Assembly (NCBI GenBank): GCA_965649765.1
Contig: OZ287748.1
Coordinates: 107,384,001 to 107,448,000, forward strand
Length of the DNA: 64,000 nt
Reading direction: 5' to 3'
Origin: Bispira polyomma
Taxonomy: Eukaryota
Shown: piece by piece, positions 43,701 through 55,700 of the stretch
Position numbering within the stretch: the stretch's first letter is position 1
Layout of the letters: each line of letters opens with the position of its first letter
Made by a program: the position numbers and the translations under genes
Notes under the pieces: model-generated
Seen by the model: the letters and a program-made list of their open reading frames with translations, nothing else
Databases searched by the model: none
What the model was told of the DNA's origin: nothing

Positions 43701-46700
43701 TTATCAGACGGCTCCCCTGTGAGGAAAATACACAGAGAAAAATACAGGATGAAGAAACACTGTTTATATTGGCAATGTCAACACAGAAGATGCATTAGTT
43801 CTACTGTGTAAATAGTTTTTATTATTATAGAATAATTTATATAGTGCCAACTTGATATAATATCCTCTAAGACACTGGTTGTCCAAATGGTTAGTCAGCG
43901 GGCAGAAATAGGTCATGATCATCCGTAGGGGAGATTGGCTTATTGGGGGCTTATATTGGGGGTATAGCATTAGCAATCAAGATAGCAGTCTACTGATTCA
44001 GAAACCTACAGATTCTTTGCAAATCTTTTATATGATATTATTAAGCATGACAAATTTTAGAAATGTTGCTACTAAATGAATGATCAGAATCAAAGTATAC
44101 TCCCAGGTTTCTAACTGTATTAGCAGATACAACATCGGTGCCAAGAAGTGATGTCGGAAGAGTTGAGTTGTTTCTTTATATGTTTGTTACCAATGAGAAT
44201 AAATTTAGTTTTGTCGGGATTGAGTTTAAGCATATTCCCAGCCATCCAGGTATGAGTTGTCTCAATGCAGTGCCTCATGTCGGCAAGACTTGAAGCACAA
44301 CTATCAAGGGAAATATATATCTGTGTGTCTTCTGTAAATAAGGAATTATTATGCATAAAAATATTTGCCTTATTTTAGGGTATATACTAGTGGACAACTG
44401 GGTCACAGATCTTAATTCTTCAAAACTTTTCGGTTAGACCCAAGTTCAGTAGGTTGCATCCAATGAGAATAATGGTTAGAATGATGTAAATATATTTTTG
44501 TGCAGTACAAAAGAGTGTCCGTCTGTTTGTAGAGATAGTGAGATAATCCCTAAAAGTAGAAAATGTCACTTGTAATTTCTGTGTTTGTACCAAAGTCCTC
44601 TCCAAGTAGATGGCTGTCTGTATGAAGTACTCACCACACCTTCCCCCACTCTCCAAGCTGTCTTGTCTACACTGACACTCTCCTTGTTTACATTCTGCAT
44701 ACACATCACTGCACACATCAGAGGGCTGACATGGGTCGCCTAGTCCTACTTTGGGCTGACAGACTCCAGCCAGTGTGTGATGTTCTTTACTGCACAGACA
44801 AATCCCCTGACGACATTCAGTGCCGAGGTCAGTACAGGCGCCATCTGGCAGTAAACAGGGGGAGTTATAGCGGCCTCTAGGAACTGAAACACAGAGAAAT
44901 AACATGGAATAGATACACTTATACAGCAGTAATGATTTAGTTACCAGTAAACAGGGGAGTTATAGCGGCCTTTAGGAACTGAAACACAGGGAAATAACAT
45001 GGAATAGATACAGTTACATAGATACCCATAATAGTAAGGACTTAGTCAGCACTGGCACCCTATATTCTTGTTCACTGTACTAACACTGTACTGACCCAAT
45101 ATATCCTTACACATTGTACTAACACTGTACAGACACACTAAGTCCTTACACACTGTCCTAACACTGTACTTACACTGTACTGGCACTCTATATTCTTACA
45201 CACTGTACTAACACTGTACTCACACTGTACTAACACTGTACTGGCACTCTAAATTCTTACACACTGTCCTAACACTGTACTCACACTGTACTGGCACTCT
45301 ATATTCTTACACACTGTACTAACACTGTACTCACACTGTACTAACACTGTACTGGCACTCTAAATTCTTACACACTGTCCTAACACTATACTCACACTTT
45401 ACTCACACACTATATCCTTACACACTGTACTCACACACTATCCTTACACATTGTACTAACACTGTACTCACACTGTACTCACACTGTACTCACATACTAT
45501 ATTCTTACACATTTTACTAACACTGTACTGACACACTAAGTTCTTACACACTGTACTAACACTGTACTAACAATGTACTAACACTGTACTCACACTCTAC
45601 TGACACACTATAGCCTTACACACTGTACTAACAGTGTACTCACACTGTACTGGCACACTATTTCGTTATTCACTGTACTGACACACTATATCCTCACACA
45701 TTGTACTAACACTGTACTGACACACTATATCCTTACACATTGTACTCACACTGTACTGACACACTATATCCTTACACACTGTACTAACACTGTACTAACA
45801 CTGTACTTCTCACTTACCACACTGTCCAGTCTTGTCGTAAAACGCCGCCCCACATTGACACGTTTCTTCCACACAAACTGCATTATCGTCTTTACATTCT
45901 TCATGGGCATTACAGCGTGAACCCAGGTTCCTTCGAGGGACTGTGTCAAAAACAAAACCAGGATTTTGTCAAAAAAAGGTATTGTGTTAAAAACAAAACA
46001 GGTATTATATCAAAGCAGGGATAGTGTCAAAAACAGATATTACGTTAAAACACAACAGATATTTTATCAATAACAAGTATTATATCAAAATAAAACAGAG
46101 ATTGTGTCGAAAAGAGGGATTGTCTCAAAACAAAACATGGATCGTGTCACAAACAGCTATTATATCAAAACAAAACAAGGATTGAGTCAAAAATTAAACA
46201 AGGTTTGAGTCAAAAACAGGGATTGTGTCAAAAACAAAGCAGGGATTATGTCAAAACAAAACAGAGATTGTGTCAAAAACAAAACAAGGATTGTGTAAAA
46301 AAGATAGCATGGATTGTGTCAAAACAAAGCAGAGTTTGTGTCAAAACAAAACAGGGATTGTGTCAAAAACAGAGATTGTGTCAAAACAAAACAGGGATTG
46401 TGTCAAAAACAAAACAGGAATTGTGTCAAAAACAAAACAGGGATTGTGTCAAAAACAAAACAGGGATTGTGTCAAAAACTGGTAGCATATCAAAACAAAA
46501 CAGGGATTGTGTCAAAAATAAAACAGGGATTATGTCAAAACAAAACAGGCATTGTGTCAAAACAAAACAGGGATTGTGTCAAAAACAAAACAGGGATTGT
46601 GTTAAAAACAAGTATTATATCAAAACAAAACAGGAATCTTGTCAAAAACAAAGCAGGGATTATTTCAAAAACAAGGATTATGTCAAAACAAAACAAAAAG

Positions 46701-49700
46701 GATTGTTTAAAAACAATATACAGACATACTTTTAAAGTACAATATCAGTCGGAATATAGAATGAAGATTTGCTCATAGACACAAGGATCTTCTGAACCAA
46801 GACTCACCAAATGTATAATCAATCTAAGTAAGTGATATACTTACAGCATTGACCTTGGCGGGCATAAAATCCAAGGTCGCACCTACAGATTCCCTGAGCA
46901 CAGACTGAATTACTGTCATAACACATGGCACCGGGTAGACAGGGAGCATCAGCAGAGCCCTCTTCAGAGGTAGACACTAAAACACAAAATATACACACCA
47001 GTCAACCTCTTTAAAGGTGGACACTAAAAACAAAATATACACACCAGTCAAACCATCCTCAGGGTGCACATTAAAACACACAGAATATACACACCAGCCA
47101 AACCCATCCCCAGGGTGGACACTAAAACACAAAATATATACCACCAAACTTCATATGTTGAAAAGACAGTCATATCTTGTTCACAGGGTACACCATTTAC
47201 AGTTAGACAGACTGTAACACATAGAACCAGAAATTTAACACCAAGCAAGGTCACACTTTAACAGAAGAACACCCAGGTATTTCAATCACTCCATATATAA
47301 CAGTACACACAATATATAGAACTCTACTGACCACAACTGCCTTCCTTAACAATGTAGCCCTGTTTACATGCACACCGTCCATCCACACAAATGGCGTCCG
47401 TATCTTCACACACATCCAAGTCTCTCTGACAGGCCTCATCCAGAGTGAGCTTAGGTCCTGTAAAAGTAAAGGGATTATGTACACAGTGTCTAGTATATCA
47501 GAACTCCCATATATTACACAGAGATAACCTAACCCTCTCTGACAGGCCTCATCCAGAGTGAGCTTAGGTCCTGTAAAAGTAAAGGTATTATGTACACAGT
47601 GTCTGGTATATCAGAACTCCCATACATTACACAGAGGTAACCTAACCCTAACCCTCTCTGACCTGCCTCATCCAGAGTAAGCTTAGGTCCTGTAAAAGTA
47701 AAGGGATTATGTACACAGTGTCTGGTACATCAGAACTTCCATACATGAAATATACTTTAGTTTCTGGCTGTCAAAGTGTTATTCTGAGAATCTAAAAAAA
47801 GTGAAGGTCAAAAGTTGGAGAAACAGACACCGAGGTAGAATACACACAATTAAGTCCAGTATAACGTCAGGGAAAGCATGGGCAACAATGATGACACATC
47901 AAGAGTAGTTTAGAAACACTTCATTCAAACATTTCAAGTAATAGAAAATATGCATCTCAGCCAACATAACGTCAATATGGGTTCAGAAACACTTCATTCA
48001 AACATTTAAAATACCAGACAATATACATCTCAGCCAACATAACCTCAGTTTACACGTTTTTAACCTCAGGTAATCCACAGTATTTCGGCTCATACCTCTC
48101 CTTATATACAGTTACACAATGCTAGGCGAAGTAGGCCTGAAAGAGAATTTTTAAATGTTACAATTTTCAAACCCATCAATTCAGAAAGCATTCGAACCAA
48201 AGTTTTGCTTATGATGCTCCAGTTAATTTGGTTTCAGTGCAGACATACACATCGTATATTAGGAACAAATAAATTTAAGCTCAGAAATATGTAGACTCTG
48301 TAATGCCCACACGAAATCTATCATCTATTTGTTTATCTCGTATGGACATGTGGTTAGGTTAAGAAATGATCTCAATTACTGGATACAGTCTACTTCCGAA
48401 CGGTATTATAAATCCTGTGTACTTTTGTATTCTACTATATACAGATGTGTGATGAGTTGACACACAACTAGATTGCTTACACATCTCCCACGTTAGTTCT
48501 ACTTTAGACTATACCTTGAATATGAGAATCAACAATTTTACCCACAATACAATGTTTGCACCCAGCAAACCTCTGTCCACGCAGGCGTCCTCACAAAAAT
48601 TGAGTATTATACCACTGAGACACATATCACTGGGTACTTATGACACAGGTTTCCCTGAAAGACACATACCACTGGGTACTTACGACACAGGCTTTCCTTC
48701 TCGTAAAATGCCGGGCCTTACATACAGATGCCACAAGGTTCTTATGACACAGGTTTCCTTTTCAGACAAATACCACTAGGTTCTAATGACACAGATTTCC
48801 CTTCTCGTAATGCGCCGGCCCACACAGACAGATACCACTAGATACTTACGACACAGTTTTTCCTTCTCGTAATGAGCCGGCCCAGACAGAAAGATGCCAC
48901 TAGATACTTATGACACAGGTTTCCTTTACAGACAGATACCACTGGGTACTTACGGCACAGGTTTCCCTTCTCGTAATACGCCGGCCCACACAGACAGATA
49001 CCACTCCGACACACACTGTTAGTGTCCAGACAGTCACCATTAAGACATGGGGAGTTCAGCCGACCTTTGGCCTCTGTGTCAACACCAAAAATAGGTCATA
49101 GTGCACACAATAAAACAACAAAAGTAGGTCATAGTGCAAACAATACAACAACAAAAGTAGGGCATAGTGCAAACAATACAACAACAAAAGTAGGTCATAG
49201 TGCAAACAGTAGAAGCATTGTTGACCTGAACTAGTTGGGAGAGAAAGATTTAATTAGGATAACAACAGGTTGGTGAAGTACAAGGTTTGACTTTGGTATC
49301 AAACTGCATGAAAAAGGTTTTACTGTAGTTCTAGTGTAAGTTTGAAGCAATACACATCATGGTTAGACTTTTACCTACCATAAATAACGATTTATGTATT
49401 ATCCACTTCAATGTTTAGGTTGAGTTAAGGTTTTAATGTCGCTTTCACAATACTCTATTACAAAGGACAATTTACTGGTGAAGGGAGCGAGGTTTCTGAA
49501 CAGTAAACCAAGGGCCTTCTGCTGCCAACTCTCATACATTGTCAGGGCCATGACTTGAACCCAGCACGTGGGAAACAAGGGTGTCAAGTCGACACCACCG
49601 AGGCAAGATCAATTGTAATACTATAGCCTTCTTACACCATTCTATACCCATTCTACTCACGACATTTGCCAATCCTCTCAAAGAATCCGTCCAGACAAGC

Positions 49701-52700
49701 ACACATCCCTGATTGACATCGAGAGCTGGGGTCAATGCACTGGTCATCAGGGAAACAGGCCGCATTAAGTGGGAGCTTAGCAACTGTAACCAAGGACAAC
49801 ATTAACACAGTAACCTGGTAACAGTAAGATACACAGTTAGAGCTCAGGTCAATGCACTGGTCACCAGAGTAACAGGCCGCATTAAGTGGGAGCTTAGCAA
49901 CTGTAACCAAGGACAACATTAACACAGTAACCTGGTAACAGTAAGATACACAGTTAGAGCTGAGGTCAATGCACTGGTTACCAGAGGATCAGGCCGTATT
50001 AAGTGGGAGCTTAGCAACTGTAACCAAGGACAACATTAACACAATAACCTGGTAACAGTAAGATACACAGTTAGGGCTGAGGTTAATGCACTGGTCACCA
50101 GAGTAACAGGCCGCATTAAGTGGGAGCTTAGCAACTGTAACCAAGGACAAAATGAAGAAGGTGTGGTTTATACAGGAATATGCATACATTAGCATACACT
50201 ATTATACTAATAGGTAATAATGAGCCAATAAATAGAAGTAGTTTAAACAGGTGTTAACAGATTATTGCTACTTTAACTGTGGTGTATTGTAAATATATGT
50301 AACATAACAAACCAATTTACATGGTAGTGTAAACAGATGTAAACATGTTACAATAACATTAATTATCAGGTGTAAATAGGTGTAAATACACCACTAACTA
50401 GGGGAGCCAATAATTCCACTGTCCACCAATTGCATCAATAGTGACCAACTTGTCAGTAGTAGTGTAAACATAATGTATTCACTCACCACACACAGAGGTT
50501 TTACTGAAGTGACTGCCTTTACAACGACACTGTACACCATTACACTGAGCATGGACATCTAGACACTTGCCATCGGGTAAACAGGGCCGCTCTAAGTCAC
50601 CTAAACGGACTGGATGATATAACACAATTAATATTACATGTACAGTGTAAACACTCACCCCCAGGTAAACAGGGCCGCTCTAAGTCACCTAAATGGATTG
50701 GATGATATAACACAATTAATATTACATGTACAGTCTAAACACTCACCCCCAGGTAAACAGGGCCACTCTAAGTCACCTTAACGGACTGGATGGTATAACA
50801 CAATTAATACTATATGTACAGTGTAAAGACTCATCACCAGGTAGACAGGGAAGCTCTAAATCACCTAGAGGGACTGGATAATATAACACAATTAATACCA
50901 CCACACCCACCCCACCACGTCCTATTTCTAACTCACCACACACTGTCTTATCTCTAACTCCCCACACACTGTCTTATCTCTAACTCACCACACAGTGTCT
51001 TATCTCTAACTCACCACACATTGTCTTATCTCTAACTCACCACACACTGTCTTATTTCTAACTCACCACACACTAGCACTGTCTTATTTCTAACTCACCA
51101 CACACTGTCTTATCTCAAACTTACCACACACTAGCACTGCCTTATCTCTAACTCACCACACACTCTCTTATTTCTAACTCACCCTACACTAGCACTGTCT
51201 TATTTCTAACTCACCACACACTGTCTTATCTCTAACTCACCACACAGTGTCTTATCTCTAACTCAACACTCACTGTCTTATCTCTAACTCACCACACACT
51301 AGCAATGTCTTATCTCTAACTCACCACACACTGTCTTATCTCTAACTCACCACCCACTGTCTTATCTCTAACTGACCACACAGTGTCTTATCTCTAACTG
51401 ACCACACACTCTCTTATCTCTAACTCATCACACACTAGCACTGTCTTATCTCTAACTTACCACACACTGTCTTATCTCTAACTCACCACACACTTTCTTA
51501 TCTCCAACTGACCCCACACTGTTATATCTCTAACTCACCACACACACTCTCTTATTTCTAACTCACCCTACACTAGCACTGTCTTATTTCTAACTCACCA
51601 CACACTGTCTTATCTCTAGCTCACCACACACTAGCACTGTCTTATTTTTAACTCACCACACAGTGTCTTATCTCTAATTCACCACACACTGTCTTATCTC
51701 TAACTCACCACTCACTGTCTTATCTTTAACTCACCACACAGTGTCTTATCTCTAACTCACTACACAGTGTCTTATCTCTAACTCAACACTCACTGTCTCA
51801 TCTCTAACTCACCACACACTAGCACCGTCTTATCTCTAACTCACCACACACTGTCTTATCTCTAACTCACCACTTACTGTCTTATCTCTAACTGACAACA
51901 CACTGTCTTATCTTTAACTTACCACCCACTGTCTTATCTCTAACTCACCACACACTAGCATTGTCTTATCTCTAACTGACCACACAGTGTCTTATCTCTA
52001 ACTCACCACACACTCTCTTATCTCTAACTCATCACACACTAGCACTGCCTTATCTCTAACTTACCACACACTGTCTTATCTCTAACTCACCACACACTGT
52101 CTTATCTCTAACTCCAACTGACCCCACACTGTTATATCTCTAACTCACCACACACTCTCTTATTTCTAACTCACCCTACACTAGCACTGTCTTATTTCTA
52201 ACTCCCCACACACTGTCTTATCTCTAATTCACCACACAGTGTCTTATCTCTAGCTCACTACACAGTGTCTTATCTCTAACTCAACACTCACTGTCTTATC
52301 TCTAACTCACCACACACTAGCACTGACTTATCTCTAACTCACCATACACTGTCTTATCTCTAACTCACCACCCACTGTCTTATCTCTAACTGACCACACA
52401 GTGTCTTATCTCTAACTGACCACACACTCTCTTATCTCTAACTCATCACACACTAGCACTGTCTTATCTCTAACTTACCACACACTGTCTTATCTCTAAC
52501 TCACCACACACTGTCTTATCTCTAACTGACCACACACTCTCTTATCTGTAACTCACCACACACTCTCTTATCTCTAACTCATCACACACCAACACTGTCT
52601 TATCTCTAACTCACCACACACTGTCTTATCTCTAACTCCCCACACACTGTCTTATCTCTAACTCACCACACACTGTGCTGACCAGGTCCAGACCAAATCC

Positions 52701-55700
52701 CTCCCTACAACTACACCGTCCTGATGTACATTCCGCCTGGTCATCCAGGCACACCGAACCAGTAATACAGCTTGCTCCATAGTCAACCTTGGGTCCTGGA
52801 AACATAGACAGATACTGTGTACCTATAACATACACCCTAATCTACCTAGGTCCCGGGATTGTAAACTATCTAAGTACCCAAAATGGACACTATAATCCAC
52901 ATTATGTCGACATCTAATGATACGGTTTTTACTGATATAGTGCCACAGTTGATGACTAGGCATTATCTGTGGCGAACATAGCCCAATTAGAGAAAAGGTT
53001 TGTGATCGAGTTCAATCGTTCTTGTCTCAGTGTGAAGACTAGTAGGGAGTATATTCCACTCAGCAGGTGCTGCAACTTCTTATGATTTTGAAACAGCCAG
53101 TTTTTTGGGGTGGAAGCCAGAGAGGGAGAGAAGATTTCCTCTGGCGAGAGCTGAGAGAAACCATACTGAATAAGTAGGAGAGTCTTAAAAATGATGACAT
53201 TTACTTTTAATTTAATACAGAACTCAAGTCGAGGTGTCGTATGTCAGCAGGGACAAGCATGGCACTTATTGCCCTTCTGAAAGGTAGTTTGAATCTTGTG
53301 CTCGTTATTTTCCCTCTGATGTCTGGAGCCAATAAGTAGAAATTCTGTTTTGTCATGGTTGAATTTCAATTTAAAATAATTTATCCAAGATTAAATTGAT
53401 GTGAGGCAGCTAGAAAGCTGTTCCAGGACCTGGGAACCATTTTTTTGGGTGACAAGTCATGCAGGGTTAGGGCAACTTCACCATTTTTATCCAAGACCAA
53501 ATTGATGTCTAATTTTCAGTAGTGCCGTCATATCAGTTAAATGGAATTTTCTGTATGCTGATTGGTGTGCATTTCCCTTTTGATTATTGGACAAGTGTTA
53601 ATTTATTTGAAGTGCAACAACTTTTTTACGATAAAATTTGATACTGGTCTGTAATTAATTGTTAAGGATATTTGTATTTAGGTTTGACAATTTTAGTAGC
53701 AGAGTAACATTAGCATTTCTGAAAGACTTTGTGAAGCAGCCCTTTTGAAGTGAGTAGTATATTATGATAGTAATTGGCTTTAGTAGAATATCTATACAAT
53801 CCTTTAGCAAGAAGATAGGGCTTGGTCCAGGTGGTATTGTTTAGATGGGATAAAGTTATGATTTTGAGGACTTCATCTCGGCTGAGTATTTGTGTCTGAG
53901 GGTTTGTGTGTTGGAGTTGGAATGTTGAGAGAGGTGGATGGTTTGAAAGGCCTACAGATTTTATCAATCTTATGAGAAAAATATTTTCCAAACAGATTAG
54001 CCGCCACAGTAAGGCTGTTACAGTTTGATAAATCAGGATCTGTAACGTTATAAAGAATCTTATTTACATATTGCAATAATTTCCTGGAGTCAGTGCTGTT
54101 TTTGGAGATAAGAGAGTCATAATGATAATTTTTAACTTTGACACCAACCTATTATAGTGGTTGACAACTGCCTATTTTAATAATTGACAATGGCCTATTA
54201 TAGTGGTTGACCATGGCCCATTATAGTGGTTGACAATGGCCTATTATAGTGATTGACAATGGTCTATTATAGTGGTTGACAATGGCCTATTATAGTGGTT
54301 GACAATGGTCTATTATACTGGTTGACAATGGCCTATTATAGTGGTTGACAATGGTCTATTATACTGGATGACAATGGCCTATTATAATGGTTGACAATGG
54401 CCTATTATAATGGTTGGTAGTGGCCTAGTATAATGGTTGATAGTGGCGTATTATTATGGTTGATAATGGCTCTGTAATGTGATTTGTACTTTGAAAACTA
54501 GAAACTGAGTTGGCTGATTAAAATACATATGGCTTTGACATCCATTACTTGCTTTTAGTTTCAGTGCATACGTGCGAAGGACATACCTGATCTCAACACT
54601 AAAGCATTGCCATTAGCAAAGCAAAATGATTTACTACAGATCATACGGTAAGTACTGTATCTTGTTTCCAACTTACTACAAATGCCGTCTCCATTATAGA
54701 AGCCCTCCTCACACAAACACAGACCTCTCTGACAGACTGCGTTGTTGTCACGACAACCAGATGTGGGGAGACATGGACTGTTGATGTAACCCTTAGGTTC
54801 TGAAAGAACAAGGTGTGAAATGCATCATATTGTGGTAACAAACCCCACGTTACAAATATACATTGTGATAACAAACCCTCCCCACATTACAAATACATAT
54901 TGTGATAACACACCCCCTCCCCACATTACAAATACATATTGTGATAACACACTCCCTCCCCACATTACAAATACACATTGTGATAACACACCCTCTCCCC
55001 ACATTACAAATACACATTGTGATAACACACCCTCTCCCCACATTACAAATATACATTGTGATAACACACCTCTCCCCACATTACAAATACACATTGTGAT
55101 AACACACCCTCTCCCCACATTACAAATATACATTGTGATAACACACCCTCTCCCCACATTACAAATATACATTGTGATAACACACCCCTCCCCACATTAG
55201 AAATACACATCGTGATAACACACCCTCTCCCCACATTACAAATACACATTGTAGTGCCATAGTCTGGTATATTGCATTATATTCAAATTTATAGAACGTA
55301 TTTGTCTACTGTTCGTGACAGCAGCCGACCAACACCAGTAACTGTTACTACCCTATCTAAAAACAGAGGCTTGAGAACATTTATTAATGTACTCAAGGAT
55401 CATTAGTCTTGTAACTGGGGGATAGAACCCCATGGCAGACCACTCTGCCATTGAGAGTTGTCACCAGAACCTCTGAGTATCTGCATAAGAACATCTCCAG
55501 ACTGGGATTAAACCAAGGTCTTTGGTGGTTCTAAGCAAGTGTTTGCCCCACAGTGCTCTCAGCACTTGATTATGTATCTATCTTTCACGCCATGTATGTT
55601 TCACACTAGAATGACTTCCATATTTAATTGTATCAGTTTTCCCCAGTCCGGAGATGTCTGAACTCACTACAAGTCCTGGATATAACATCCTCGTAGAAGA

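Noticed and set aside
46205-46778. Lys/Gln-rich plus-strand ORFs
   Set aside because: Translations of the 22-23-bp acceptor array.
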